Of a DNA stretch of 64,000 bases, positions 20,291 to 33,172 are shown in pieces. Every line of letters starts with the position of its first letter. Positions within the stretch are counted from its first letter, which is position 1. The notes under the pieces are model-generated. The model was given only the letters and a program-made list of their open reading frames with translations, had not been told where the DNA came from and searched no databases. Made by a program: the position numbers and the translations under genes. Origin of the DNA: Psammoneis japonica (lineage: Eukaryota); NCBI GenBank assembly GCA_008632985.1, contig QPGO01000006.1:741138-805137 (forward strand), written 5' to 3'.

Positions 20291-22627
20291 ATGACGGATC
20301 AAGTTGCTAAAGACGAGAAAAGCAGCACACCTCTTCTCAAAAAAGAGGATGAAAAAGACAGCTTGAACGCAAAGGACGTGGCTGATAGTAAACAAGGCGA
20401 CGAACCGTTCGGAAGTAGACTTACCAATAGCCTACCGTTTCGAAAGAAGAAGGATAGTATTAATGACAACGAGGACGGTGACAAGCGAAACTTGATGCAA
20501 AAAGCATTTTCGGGGCCCAAATTGGTGGGAAAGTCTGTTGTAACTGGAATAGAAAAGATTATACCCAGCAAGAAAAATGATGCAAACGCGGAGGAAGGAG
20601 GTGAAACTCCTCAAGAAGAAAAGGTGGGCGTGGGGGGCTGTCTTGTGAATTCAGTCGCTTGCGCTACCGACGTAAGATGCAATTTTGTTTTTTTTTAACA
20701 AGTTCTGCATCATGCTTATGCTCTCTGTGTGTTGTGCTTTCTTTGTGTTTATTGTAGGCCGTAGAAGGTCCTATTGTGGGTGTCAGTAAAGCATTCAAAC
20801 GACCAAGAGGGCGAAAATATGAAAAGACACCGGATGCGGTAGACGAAAACAAAATGACTACAGTTCCAGAAGACGAGGTTTCAACGATCGAGGAAACAGA
20901 TATTAAGAAGCCGGTTCAACCCAAGCCATCAAAGCGCGAGGTTGTACCGGTAAATATCGAACCAACACCGCTGCAAAAATCAAAGGAAATCATCATGGGT
21001 CCCTTCATGTCCTTTTTGCTTTGTGACTCAACCCTTGTCATGGCTGCGGCGCTTACGGTGGGTATTTTCCCAACCATTTGGAAATGGGATTTGTTTTCGC
21101 AAAACCACATTCCCCTGGCAGCCGCGCTTGGCTGGGCCATGGCAGCGCACGTGATTGGCCAAGAGTTGGGACGAAAATGGGGACCTCGAGCAACGGATGA
21201 TAAGCAAGAAGAAGAAGCATCGTCATCTGTATCGATTGAGAAATCCGTAAAGAAATCCAAGATGAACCATTCCATCTTTATGAAAGCGACTCGCCGATTC
21301 TCGCATTCCATTCACTTTCAAGATAGCGACGTGTCTGCTCTGACTGCGCCGCCTCCCGTGAAAGAAGAGCAGTCTCGTGTGAAATTCAGCGGCGTGTCTC
21401 GTGTTCTGCGATTCCAACGGCGAAGAAAAGGGGAACCACGGCAGCAACCACCACCACCGCAAAAATCACAACAGGAATGGAAGAAGCGTCTTGCCACTCC
21501 CAGATCGTCCATTTTGGTGCAAACATTGAACCAAGACCAAACGCTTCAGCTGCCTGGTGAAGCAACGACCAGCTCCATGGGGTCGTTCGACATTGCCAGT
21601 ACTCCTGCAGAGTCCCTGTTCCAGAAATCAGACGTGGAGCCACTCCTCCCTCTCCGCGGTATGGACATCTTTTTATCTTCTGGAGATGGCGCGGAAGACG
21701 ACATTGGAAACCATCCCTTTGTGATCAAGTAAGTTGATATTGATGGATGCTTGTTAAATTGTCTTTTGTGTTTTTTGATCACTCAAACTTATTATTCGTC
21801 GACCTTTCAGTGGCGGCCTCCGTGATGTGAGCTCTTGCCTTGTCAACGTCTTGTTACCCGTAAGTTCCCTGCCGTTCGTTTGGTAACAAGTAGTACGCAT
21901 CACTCACATTTAACTTCTCTTGTGATCAATACCTGTACAGTGGGGGAACATGCTCATCTACTTTCAACTTCCGGAATGGTATGACGAGGAGGATGGTCAC
22001 GAAGAAAAGGAAGATGACCCGGAAAATGTCAAGGCGCTCAAGGTCTGTCCTTTCTATACTGAAGCACATGATGTGTTATACTGTATCGTCATAAGGTCTC
22101 AATCATCTGTTTGTTCTTTTGCCTTTTTTGTTCAGAGGTTCCTCAAGGGCGATAACGAATACAAGAGTCAGAGGCTGAGGCTCATGCCTTCCATCGTGGC
22201 CGGACCTCGAATCGTCCGCATGTTGGCTCCGTCTCACACGGAAATACCCATTCCACCCGCCGTTGTACCAGTGACGTACAACATTCAGCCGGAAAGCATG
22301 GGGCCATCGGGTAAAAAGTTGAGTCCACTGATTGAAGTGGAGATGGATTGCATGTCGAGCAAGGCGGTTCGTACCATGGCGGGTGTGTTTAAACGCAATC
22401 TGCAGAAACTTACGCTCGATTTGGCGGTGCTTATCCGTAGTCCCGAGAACAAGAGCGATGAGCCCAACGCTTGTATTGGCATGTGGCGTTTTGACAAGAT
22501 TGACGTGGATTCTTGTCCTGTGCTTCCTCAACGGGAAGTAACAGAGGAGGAAGAGTTTAGGCGTACAAGTGTTATTGTTGGGTTGCCACCGGAGGAAATT
22601 AAACGACTTGTTGAAGTCTCTGCATAG
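20291..22627 (+). CDS. Multi-exon protein with an EDR2 C-terminal (DUF1336)-like domain
   Basis: Exons approx. 20291-20670, 20759-21729, 21811-21859, 21941-22041, 22136-22627; LRGMDIF, RFLKGDNEYKSQRLRLMPSIVAGP, IEVEMDC, LDLAVLI...EPNACIG. Confidence 0.75.
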
Positions 22628-23069
22628 ATCACGTTTCGTGAAAATGTGCGTTTGGATCCTGTACAAAACATACTTTTTGGAAAGTCTTACTGTAGTTTAA
22701 GATATGTAAGTGTCTATGTTTTTGTTGTCTATGTTGTGGGGATGAAAATGTTTCACCGAGATATGTAGGAAAACCAGGGTGGCATGAATCGTATGCCCAT
22801 AGTGCATTGCCAGTATGCAGAATAAACCCAAATGTTGCGCATCTAGATTGGCATCAAATAATATTGGTTTGTGTGTGTGTCTTGGTCTGAGTGTATGTGG
22901 TGAACATTGTGGCAGCGTAACTAATGGCAGTCGATGCCAGTAGACTCTGCCGTCATCAAAAGTGTAAATGTAGTGTAATTCTCGCGTCCATGCCCCTCAC
23001 GGAACGCGTCTGAGTGTAGACAATGTCGAAACGCCGTCTCACTCTGCTAATATGCCTGTACCAATTCTC

Positions 23070-25310
23070 TTAGGCGTCCATGTCGAGCCCGGCACCAATG
23101 GCCCAGTCCTCTTCCGTTAGCTCAAACAAAAAGTCTTCGGCGTCCGCCGTGTCTGCCCCGTTGGGCAAAAAGCCCTCTTCAGGAACCACGTTGAGGTTGG
23201 GCGGCAAAAAGGGCGGAATCTCTTCGACCGCATACTTGTTGGACAAGGACGTGGGCGCCGCCGGTGCTTGTACAACTTGATACTGTTGCGGCTGAACGGG
23301 CTGCTGCTGCTGATACTGATATTGCGGTTCCTGCTGCATTGGTTGCGCATGAGAAACCACTTGCTGAGGATGCATTGTAGCTGGAGCACCCGGATGAGTC
23401 GGTTGCTGCTGCGGCTGTTGTGCAACAGCATGAGGAGACATGACAACCGGTTGTTGCGGCTGCCTCGAGACGGGAATCTTGAATGCGGACGGCAAGACAA
23501 AACTCGACCCCACCGCATCGGGAGCAGTCTCAATCTTGGGAGTTGGCTTTGGCGGTGGCACCAATTCCTTGATGAACCCCAAAGCGTCTTCAATAGCTTG
23601 ACCCGCCGCCGTTTGCGCTTCTTCCGGAGTCACGTGATGGACCGTATTGCGGTCCTCGTCGTCTTGGTCCACGGCGTGCATATCGTCCAAGGAACGCTTG
23701 AGCGAACCCATGGAACCCTCCGACGAAAAGGATACTTCACGCGCCAAGGGACGATTGCTGCCACCGTCCTTGCCATGGCTCTTACCCTCGCTCGTGGCGC
23801 TCTGCAACGACTCAAACGAGGGACGACGCGAAAGACGCTTGAGCACACGCGCAGGCACAATGGTGGGCGTCGGAGTCAGAGTGCGGCGCGTCTGCTGCAT
23901 GCGGTGATGCAAAATGTAGAGATTGGCCGCGTCGTGGTACTTTTCAGAAAACTCGTGCTGTTGCTGCTGTTGCTGCTGAACAACGAGCAGCGCCTGCTTT
24001 TTCGCCTCAAGACGAGCAAGTCGGTCCGCATTTTGGCGTGACCACTGAAGCAGCTTGAGTTGCTGCTCTTGTGTCAAGCAACGAAAGACACCACGTTCCC
24101 TCTCACCGGCGGCATGCATGGCGGCGTCCATGCAGTCATGGGTCGAGTCCATGGCGAGCTTGGAGGCGGCGCCCGTGTGGCGGTGAACCCACGATTCGGG
24201 AGTGAGCAACAACTGACGCTGAAAGCTGCGGACGCGCTCTTCTTGGTCGTACGAGAGACCGACTTCGTTGCATAAGAGTGGCCACATGCCACGGCTTGGA
24301 GGTACGTGATCGTTTCCGCCAGTAAGCATCTGTAGAGATTGAAACAGAGAAAGGAACGAGTTAGCATAAGGAAAGCCATCACATACAGTCGTACACTCTC
24401 CATCAAACACGCAAAAAATGATACTTACACGCTCTCCAATCCGCGCCGCAGAGAGCCGTTCACTGGCAGCCCGTCCGCCTCGAAAGAAGGAATCATTCTG
24501 TAGCATGAGCCACAGCAGAAACTTGACATTGGTGGGCAAGGACAAGCTCTGCAATTGCTGCGTCAAGAAGGTATTCGCCACCCTCAACTCTCGGCTGGTA
24601 CGACTGAGCGCAGTCGTAGTCAAGTCGTTTGCAAGAATGCTATTCTGCAACACGTGTGCACGCTTTTGGCAAATCACCTCGAGAGCTGTAAAGACGTGTT
24701 CTCGCCGTCCCTTGTCCATTTCGAGACTGAGCTTGTTGACACGGTCTTCCAAGACTTCGAGATATTGCTTTCGCCTCATGCGCGACAGACGTGCCGACTC
24801 GCGATTGCGTTCCAATCGTTTCTGTCTGCGATTGTTATTGTTGTTGTTGTTGTTGCTTTCCTTTGAGGATGTGTCCTTGCTGTTGCTACGCCGCATGGCT
24901 GTGGATCGAGACGTCGCCGAAGACGAAGCATAGCTTTGCTGTTTAGGCTTTGGTGCAGCCGTGCTGGTGGTAGTAGGAACGGTATTATCGAGACGAATTC
25001 CAGACGAAGCAATGACTACAGGATTCCCAGTCGCTTTCGTTGGAAACGTGGGGACCACCATGGGAGACGGTTCTTGCTGTGGCTCTGGCTGAGGACTAGT
25101 AGGCGTAGGCAGACCCCAATTTACCGCAGCCATTCCAGAGGCATCCGGAGGTGTGATACTCGTGGTTGGCGATATTGTTCTGCCTCCTCCCAACGTTGGT
25201 GGAGGACCCATTCCACCCTCGTTTGTCGTATTGCTTACTCCGCCATGGCTCTCGGTCTGAGCTGGCGCCTGGTGCACCAAGTGCTGCAGAGGACCGGTCG
25301 AGGTCGCCAT
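23070..25310 (-). CDS. bZIP transcription factor
   Basis: RRQKRLERNRESARLSRMRRKQYLEVLEDRV plus heptad leucines; in-frame 99-nt GT-AG intron 24330-24428; Gln-rich C-terminus. Confidence 0.92.
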   Translation of the reverse strand: MATSTGPLQHLVHQAPAQTESHGGVSNTTNEGGMGPPPTLGGGRTISPTTSITPPDASGMAAVNWGLPTPTSPQPEPQQEPSPMVVPTFPTKATGNPVVIASSGIRLDNTVPTTTSTAAPKPKQQSYASSSATSRSTAMRRSNSKDTSSKESNNNNNNNNRRQKRLERNRESARLSRMRRKQYLEVLEDRVNKLSLEMDKGRREHVFTALEVICQKRAHVLQNSILANDLTTTALSRTSRELRVANTFLTQQLQSLSLPTNVKFLLWLMLQNDSFFRGGRAASERLSAARIGERVSIIFCVFDGECTTVCDGFPYANSFLSLFQSLQMLTGGNDHVPPSRGMWPLLCNEVGLSYDQEERVRSFQRQLLLTPESWVHRHTGAASKLAMDSTHDCMDAAMHAAGERERGVFRCLTQEQQLKLLQWSRQNADRLARLEAKKQALLVVQQQQQQQHEFSEKYHDAANLYILHHRMQQTRRTLTPTPTIVPARVLKRLSRRPSFESLQSATSEGKSHGKDGGSNRPLAREVSFSSEGSMGSLKRSLDDMHAVDQDDEDRNTVHHVTPEEAQTAAGQAIEDALGFIKELVPPPKPTPKIETAPDAVGSSFVLPSAFKIPVSRQPQQPVVMSPHAVAQQPQQQPTHPGAPATMHPQQVVSHAQPMQQEPQYQYQQQQPVQPQQYQVVQAPAAPTSLSNKYAVEEIPPFLPPNLNVVPEEGFLPNGADTADAEDFLFELTEEDWAIGAGLDMDA

Positions 25311-26121
25311 TCCCGCTTTTGGTACAGTTACAAAAAGACCTCCACTCCAATCGCTTCGCTTTTGATGGGTCGCTAGAATGGAACGTATAACGTTCGGATG
25401 GCGTGGCCGCAACGTGCTTGCGTGGTTGCTTCTTTTGTTGGGGCGATCCGATTGGTCAACCTCTCCGATCTTGTGAGAAAAAGTGAAGTGCCCCCTCGTG
25501 CGTCAGACACGCGTGGAAATACGTTAAATTACAACACCCACGTCATTCACTAAATCTTAGACACTTAATTCGGAATAATAAATCTTGCCGACGCAGTCAC
25601 GACTGCCATTGTCGAACTCACGTGGAATTTTAGTACATTGACTGGTATTGGCGAACAGAGTTCGCAAATACTAGTCGGAGTATATCTCATAATACCCATT
25701 TAATACATTTATGAATAATCTATTGAAATTCCAAAATAAATCGACGAATCTATCTCAACGGATCTTTTTTCGAAACCGTTCCAAAGTTCAACTCCGACAA
25801 ACGGAGGTTCGCGCATGATTCGCGGCATTGCGTTTTGGTTCGTGACAAAGAGGAGCGATTGGCTATTCCTCGATCCAGTCCCACGCTTGATGTGATTCGG
25901 TGACAGGGGTCACTTTAGCTGGGTCGTTAACATAGAAAATGATAAAGATGATGTTATCTTCTTATCAAGTAGAGGATGTCAATGTCAGAAATACTTTTAG
26001 AGATGCCGATCTCTGCGTTAAGTTTAGCTGCTGTCACTAGTAGATACTCTAAGGTTGCACCAGATACCGTGTAATGAGAATCTGCAATCAAAAACTCAAC
26101 AATGATCATATTCTCTACATA

Positions 26122-27540
26122 CTACGTTAGACACTCGGCTACATTGATTTCAAACACCCGAACCGTCTTGTCATCACTGGCCGTAACAGCCACAATGGTT
26201 CCACCATTTTGATCCGGATTCAAGAAATCCACAGCCATATCATTAATCAGATCCGAGTGGCCCGTTTGCGTGTCCAACACTTGTCCGTTGCGAGCGTCCC
26301 ACAGTTTCAGAGTACCATTCGAGTGCGCCGTCAAAACGAGCGGCATGGTTGGATGCCATGCCAAGCGTGTAATGCCAGCAATATTACTATTGTTGTTGCT
26401 CCTGTCTTGACTGTCTTGAGCCGTTTCTTGACGACACGCTTGACGACATTGTCCTCCGTCATGCGTCAAGTCCCAAACCTTCAACACGCCGTCGACTCCA
26501 CCCGTGGCACACCAATTGGGATTGGACGGGGAGAATCCAACCGCTTCGACACTCATTGGTAATTCCATCATTTCATCGTCATGATTATTTAATTGTGTCG
26601 GTACTTCATAATGCCGCAACGACGCCACGACTTTATTCGTGGCGACATGACAGACATGCGCCATGCCGTCTTCGGCACCCACCACTACCAATTGTCCATC
26701 CGTACCACCACCGACCGCCATGCAAGTCAATCCAGCCGGTTCGTCGTTATTGAATTGAAATACGTGTCGCGACACTCCCGTTTTCGGTGCCCACACACGC
26801 AACGTCCCGTCCGAGCTGGCACTCAGTGCCCACTTGCCATTGCTGGAAAAACATCCCGCCGTGACGCCACTTTGGTGTCCAACAAAGACTTGGAGACACT
26901 TTTTTTGTGGCAAATGATACATCCATACCGTTCCGTCGGCTACCGAACCCGCCAACAAGACGGTACCACCCTTGGGATGAAAGCACAGCCATTCGACATC
27001 GCTCGGTCCTTCCAAATCAAAGAGTTTCGTGCCGTCCATGGCATTGTAAATACAAATGGCACCATCGTAGGCACCTACGGCTGCCAATGCTTGTCCGTTG
27101 GGAGCAAGGTACTTGGTATTGAGCGCCACGCATGCGACAGTGTCCGTGTGGGCGTGTTCCAATCGCATACTAGTGTTGTTGTCGCCGGGAACCTTGTGCA
27201 AATACGCCGTGTCGTCACCACCTCCCGACACAATTGTGAGAGTATTATTATCCTCCGCATTGACACTGGCAGCCACGGCATAGACTTGTCCTGTATGCGA
27301 TGATAGAATTGCCTTGGACATTTCGATAATTTCCGTTTCTTGCTGCTCGACTACAACCTCATCATCATCATCGTCGTTTTCTTCTTGCATGGGAACGTTT
27401 TCATCATCCACTTGCACTTCGACGGCGTCGTTGGGATCCAAAAAGACGGGACTCGTGTCATCGTCGTCATCATCTTGTGGATGTGGAATAGCATCGTTGC
27501 TTTCCATCGCCATTATGGTATCGTCTTGGGGATCGCTCAT
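26122..27540 (-). CDS. AAMP: WD40 protein, AAMP/Sqt1-like ribosome assembly factor
   Basis: Acidic N-terminus, SGGGDDTAYL, EVEW-type DVEWLCFHPKG, DGTVWMY, multiple GH...WD repeats. Confidence 0.85.
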   Translation of the reverse strand: MSDPQDDTIMAMESNDAIPHPQDDDDDDTSPVFLDPNDAVEVQVDDENVPMQEENDDDDDEVVVEQQETEIIEMSKAILSSHTGQVYAVAASVNAEDNNTLTIVSGGGDDTAYLHKVPGDNNTSMRLEHAHTDTVACVALNTKYLAPNGQALAAVGAYDGAICIYNAMDGTKLFDLEGPSDVEWLCFHPKGGTVLLAGSVADGTVWMYHLPQKKCLQVFVGHQSGVTAGCFSSNGKWALSASSDGTLRVWAPKTGVSRHVFQFNNDEPAGLTCMAVGGGTDGQLVVVGAEDGMAHVCHVATNKVVASLRHYEVPTQLNNHDDEMMELPMSVEAVGFSPSNPNWCATGGVDGVLKVWDLTHDGGQCRQACRQETAQDSQDRSNNNSNIAGITRLAWHPTMPLVLTAHSNGTLKLWDARNGQVLDTQTGHSDLINDMAVDFLNPDQNGGTIVAVTASDDKTVRVFEINVAECLT

Positions 27541-27789
27541 TGTAAGAGTTATTTTGACAAGAAAAAAGTGACAACAACAAGTCAATCGATTTCGATTTTT
27601 TCAATTTTTTCAATTTTGTGGTGCTGGATTTCATCTCATAACCTGTTTTCGATTTTCGCGGGCTTTCTGCGAACGTCCGGGTTTCCATGTGCGGGTTTCA
27701 AAACGGTGGACGGACGGACGACGCCGTCAATCTTTTTTATTTTATTTTACTGTGTGTATATTTTGGAATTTCACATTTCCCTCCACACC

Positions 27790-28453
27790 ATGATGTCGCA
27801 ACGCCTGCTTTTTGTTCCGTCACTGCTGCCGAAGCGTGGTGTCCGGTTTCTAGCAACGACAAGGGCGCTCACTTCTGAGGAAAAAACGGAGGCCTTGTCC
27901 AAACTGGAAGCTGGACCTCTAAACTCATCATGGAGTAGCGTGAGTGATGAACAGGCCGGGAAGGATATTTCACGTGGTAACGTCCGAGTCGGCGGCCCAT
28001 CAAGCTATCTATTTGCTCATATTCTCCCTTTTTTATTTTCTTACTTTCCATAGGCATCAGACCGAGACGCCATTACAAAGACTTTTGAATTTACCGACTT
28101 TAATCAAGCGTGGTCCTTCATGTCAAGGTCGGCCTTGTTGGCAGAAAAGGTGCGTAAACTAGTTGGGCACTGTTATGGTGACAGCGATTGTATTGTCTAA
28201 ATAATCTGTTTTTTTTTGTTCTCCGTAGATGGACCATCATCCCGAATGGTTCAATGTGTACAATCGTGTTGAAGTGACGCTTACGACTCATGATGCCGGT
28301 GGTGTTTCGGAAAAGGCATGTCTCGCGTGAACTCTATCTACTAGCGTGCGTCGTGCCACTTTTCTCACATATCCTCTACTTTCGCTCGCACGACAGGATA
28401 TTTCCATGGCAAAGAAAATGGATCAGTATGCTAGCGATATGCTTCATCGGTAG
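27790..28453 (+). CDS. PCBD: Pterin-4-alpha-carbinolamine dehydratase, 4 exons
   Basis: Spliced product [20 protein letters not shown]...[41 protein letters not shown]; third intron 28316-28396 is GC-AG. Confidence 0.95.
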
Positions 28454-28569
28454 AAGTGTAGTTTTATTATAATATATTGTCTAAAGTAGAGTGCATGATC
28501 AATACAAAGATGAAATGTAGTAAGATGAGCAGGTCCAGTTTCGATATTTTTCTTCGCATATTGTGGTTT

Positions 28570-29193
28570 TCAACTATCTTCTCCAATAAATCGATTCCTC
28601 GAATCAAATATTTTCTTGTAATCCGACATTTCCATGACGGTCTTCATGCTGCGCATGCTTGCCGCAATATCACGCTCCATGATTGTGGTGGTGTCGCTCT
28701 TTTCCTCAATTTCATTCTCAAACACATCCGACAAGGGCCGTGCCTCCCACGCTTCTTCTTCTGACATTTTCGCCATTAAATCACCATCTGTCGTGATGAG
28801 ACCGGTTTCGCTGTTTTTGGATTTTGTCACCTTGGAACGTTTCTCCAAGGAATCGTCCTTGACGGCAAAGAATGGCGTGTCAGCGTCGTCTTCTGCGGTG
28901 CTGCTCTTTGCTTCTGGTACGGTTTTCTTGTCGTCTTTTTTGCTTTCTTTTGCTGCCAATTTTGCTTTTGATTTTTCCAACAATTCCTTTGCTTGTGCTA
29001 ACTTTCGCGAAATTTCGCCTTCGGGTGTGTCTTTTTCAGAAAAAAGCACGGCGCCGTTTGTTCTTGATGCTCGTGTTGTTGCGAGAGGAGGAGCAAAGCC
29101 TAGCGCGATTGGGAACGACCACCCGCAAAAAATCAAGGCAATCACCACCACAAAACGTCTGTTGTTTCGTCGTCTGTCTATTGGTGAATTCAT
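28570..29193 (-). CDS. Probable plastid-targeted protein of unknown function
   Basis: Hydrophobic signal followed by ALG-FAPP (ASAF-like cleavage motif); C-terminal DYKKIFDSRNRFIGE. Confidence 0.75.
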   Translation of the reverse strand: MNSPIDRRRNNRRFVVVIALIFCGWSFPIALGFAPPLATTRASRTNGAVLFSEKDTPEGEISRKLAQAKELLEKSKAKLAAKESKKDDKKTVPEAKSSTAEDDADTPFFAVKDDSLEKRSKVTKSKNSETGLITTDGDLMAKMSEEEAWEARPLSDVFENEIEEKSDTTTIMERDIAASMRSMKTVMEMSDYKKIFDSRNRFIGEDS

Positions 29194-29796
29194 TAGCAAG
29201 TATTGTTTGACTGGGAGTGAATGGGTGATGGGTGTCGAAGCTGGTATGTCAACAGATTCACGACTGGTTGCGATTTCGAGAGAAGCGAAAGCAGCAGGCC
29301 TAGCTCGATGACACCAATAACTCTAAGACCTATTTCGTCGGCGATTGGCCGTCAAAGATAGCTTACAGCTGCTGTGGACCTAATGTCGGTGTTTGTAAAG
29401 TAACTTTGATTATTGATGGGGCGCTCCAACCATCGATTGAGAAAAATGGCAGCACGCAGCACGCGATGCGACGATTTTGCGTGCGTGTCGCTGACACCGT
29501 GTTTCCAACGTAGAAACATACTGAACCTCCACGTACAAAGTGTTCCTCGTGATTTCAGCTGTTTTGGAGCCCTTTCACTCATCGGCTTGCTGTAGTTTCC
29601 GACCTTGCTAGTTCCAGGAAAGTCTAACTTGAAGTAAGCCTCTAGTCTGATCTTGACACGACAGTTGCTTGATAGAGAAACACTAAGTTAGAAGAAACTG
29701 AAGTAGTTTTCACATGAAAATTTAGAGCGGTTAGATCGTGCATTCTATGGTACACAGAGTTGTCTGAGAGTAAATGCCCAGCGGTTCCCAACATTT

Positions 29797-31000
29797 TTAT
29801 GCCGAAGCTTCGGCCTTTTCAGCCTCGGCTTCTGCCTCAATGGAGGCTTCCTTCTCGGCAGCACGAAGTGCGGCTTCTGCCTTGGCTTCGAGACGTTCCG
29901 CCATTCTCTTCTTCTCTCTGATTTCGATCTCCTTCATCATGGTTTCCATAATGTCGAGCTTGTCCCTGCTCTTGAAGTACATGTCACTGTCAGACTGTGT
30001 TGACAAGAAGAATAAGACACGAAACTGTGAGATTTCTGTCCAAAACATTAGAAAAAACTGCAATAATCGAATAAAAACTTACGCATGCTGTCAAGTGTTC
30101 CTTGCCCAACTTATTTGTCATCCAGTCTTCCATCACCGGGTAGGCCTCATCCTTGTCCATTTCGACACCAACCTTCTCCATAATCTTTACAAGACCGATT
30201 CCAAAGAATTTAGAATACATCCAGTAGTTGTCGGCCTTGGCCGCCTTGGCAATTTCCGCAAGAGGACCATCGCCTTCTCCACTGAGAGCCGTCTCAATGT
30301 CTTCCTTATTCTTACCTTCCACCCAGTCCATCAGGGTCTTGGCTTCGGCAATCACCTCACTCTCTTCCATCTCCATGGCCTTGAAAAAGGCGGATTGGAT
30401 CTTTTCTGCGATATCCTTCTCGGGGTAGTTCTTGAGCAAGAGGTTGAGAATTTCAAGGATACCGGCACTCCAGATGGCGTCTCTCTTGAATCGGGCGTTG
30501 GCGACAATCAAGTGAGACGTTCCAACCAAGTCGGTGACATAGTTTTTGTAAATAGCATTCACAGAGTCTCCCAAGTGAGTAGTGAAATCGGCAAAGGCAT
30601 CTCCGACCGTCTTGACCTTGGCACCCGACAAGTGACCAAAACGCTTGGCCAACTCAGTGTCGGCTTGTCCAGGCTTGTAACCGGATTTCTGTGAAAACAA
30701 GAATTAGAGAGAACGATAATTGAGGACCATGAACACAACATTTTCGATTCCAACATGATTTCAAAATTATCACGACGGGCAGATAGCAGAAATTCTCGAA
30801 TCTCTCCAATGCCAGCGGAGCTCTCTCCGTACCTTGGTGAGGCGCTTGAGATCGCCCTCCCAACTGTCGTCAAAATCATCCTTTGTGAGAGCATTGACAG
30901 CAACCGAACGAGAGAATGCAGTGCGTGTAGACGGAGCCGTGAAAGCAGTTGTGGAGGCCACAAGGGCAAGAGCCAATAGAGCAGAGTTTCGAATGACCAT
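29797..31000 (-). CDS. THF1: Thylakoid formation 1 / Psb29, 3 exons, plastid-targeted
   Basis: Bipartite presequence [19 protein letters not shown]...[12 protein letters not shown]...HL...FKRDAIW...YSKFFGIGL. Confidence 0.9.
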
Positions 31001-31989
31001 GGTTGTTGTGTATTAAGCGATTCGTAATGATGATTATGAGAGAAAGCGTTCGACCACAACAAGCATCACAAAGAGTGTTCTGACTACGCGAAACGTCGTG
31101 TTGATCTTGCAGTGCTTCATCACTCAACACGTACGTGTTGTCGCGGGGTGATACCAATTACGTAGGCGTACGTATTGTTTCTACAGGAATCCTACGCGGC
31201 TTGCAGTGTGAGTCACAGGATCAACTCAACATATCATATTGTACGAGGATATGTCGTATGTACGATCCAACGAGCAAATCTTTTGGTATTCGACGTCAGC
31301 AAGATCCGACTGAATAATTGCTCAAGACATCGTGGTGTGAATGACTCACAATTTGACCAACATTGGAAAATCCATCATCCGAGGTGAACCGAGTGAGACA
31401 ATTCACAGCTACGTTATCGACGATATGAAAATCTTTTCTGACTATAGTCCATCTTGGCTTCTCGCACTGCACTCGCTCCTTGAGTTGAACTTTTTGTGAG
31501 TTCATCAGCCACCTCTTGTGTGCAGTGCTGTTGCATCCCAGCAAAGACCAAAGCGGCTGGCAACAACACAGTCTGTCCAATTGAGTTACATTGCGGGAAG
31601 GATGTGCTCAATTGAGTGTTGCCTCTCCAGGCCTCATTGGAAATTGGTCATTCAAATCTGGGCCATCGTCAGCGAATTTGCACGTTGGCTGTGGACCCGC
31701 CTTGTGCACCAGTTTGGTTGGAGATGACCTTTGCTTTAGATGGACAAAACAGCTCTTAAATGGCATGAAAGGCATCTTTAGTGCGAGGCTTCGTCGAGAG
31801 CCAAAGCAGGAAGCTCTTGTGCAGCAGTTGACTTGCCATGACCGAGCACCCATGACCCGCTCGCATTGCAGGAACCGATGACGTGTCAAAAAATCAAAAA
31901 AAAAAATCGACAACGTCCGACAAAAGCCTCTGCCCTTTCCTCTTCTTCCTTGGCTGCCCTGGTTAAATCGGCCACTCTCCCCGGTCTGG

Positions 31990-33172
31990 CCCGTCGTCTC
32001 TGCCATGAACATCAGCAACAAGCAGTGACCTCCATCCTTGCCAACTCATCTTACGACGTGCAATCTTCACTCCCTTCATTGCTGTCTCCGCTTGTGCAAG
32101 CCTCCCTCTTCATTCCTTCTCTCGTCGCTTTCCAAGCTCCCGCCTTTCTTCGGACGCCTGCGCTGTCACCGCCCTTCGCAAGCTTCGTCTCCCCATCCTT
32201 CCTCCGCCCCTTGTCAACACTCCCTGTCCCTGTGGCCATGCCATTCTGGATGCCTACGGTGATCATGCCTTTTCTTGCCGCCGTGCTCACAAGTCCAAGC
32301 TTTCCAATGGTCTCCGTGACACTGTTTTCATCCTAGCCCAAACTTTGGGTCCTCTTGCAGAGTTCTGTCAATCCCCAATGACGTTCATCTTGAACCCACC
32401 AACCTACTCCCCACCCGCCCGCTTCTCCGTCCCGCCGATGTTGGCATTTCAATCCCCCCTCCCGCCTCCCTTTCCGCTCCCTCCCGCCATCACTGCATTG
32501 CAGTGGACGTCACCGTCCCTCAAGCTTCCTCTCACCCTCCTCCAGGTCTGCCTGCCCCCTCTTCTCCTATCTTAACTGAGGCACACCACTCAAGCGCGAG
32601 ATTGAAGTTTCTTGGCCCTCTACTTCCTCTGCCGATGGATCCCTTGTTGTTTCTTCGCTTGACAACAATGGCATCTTTCTGCTCCCCTTCACTGTAGATC
32701 ACCTTGGTGGTCTCGGCTACTTTGCCCACCGCTTGCTCTTTGGTTCTACATCCCCTCTGTTTGCTCTCAGCCCAAGCCACCCTGGTCCTCTTCCTCTGAC
32801 CTTCGTCACTCCGATGCCTCCTACTCCGCCTTCCTCTACGCTTTGTCATCTCCGTCTGCAATCCTTCCCTCTGCTGACTCCGCATGGCGTCGCCTGTCCG
32901 CCGATCGCTTTGGAAACACCTACCGTACAGCCACCCCATCCCAGTGGGCCACCCAAACTCTTGGCTACAACGTTGTTCTTCACCTTTCTACGCACATCCT
33001 CCGATTCACCTCCTCTCTCCCTGCCCCCCTCCTCACCCATACCTTCCACAAAACGCCCTTCGTCTTGCGTCCATCGACCTTTTTACTCTACCGTCTCTAC
33101 AGCTACCTCCGTGCCTCCCTCTGCTGTTGCCTTCCGCTCTACATAGGCTTCCTTAATCTTCTATTTTAAAAA
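31990..33172 (+). mobile_element. 3' end of an RLE-type (CRE-like) non-LTR retrotransposon, 5'-truncated
   Basis: A frame not in the ORF track reads LRKLRLP...CPCGHAILDAYGDHAFSC...RPADVGI...VDVTVP...VDHLGGLG (CCHC finger + PD-(D/E)xK nuclease); very pyrimidine-rich sense strand. Confidence 0.78.

Noticed and set aside
31450..31910. A further mutated transposon fragment
   Set aside because: Moderately TA-poor and followed by an A-rich run, but too short and without an identifiable domain
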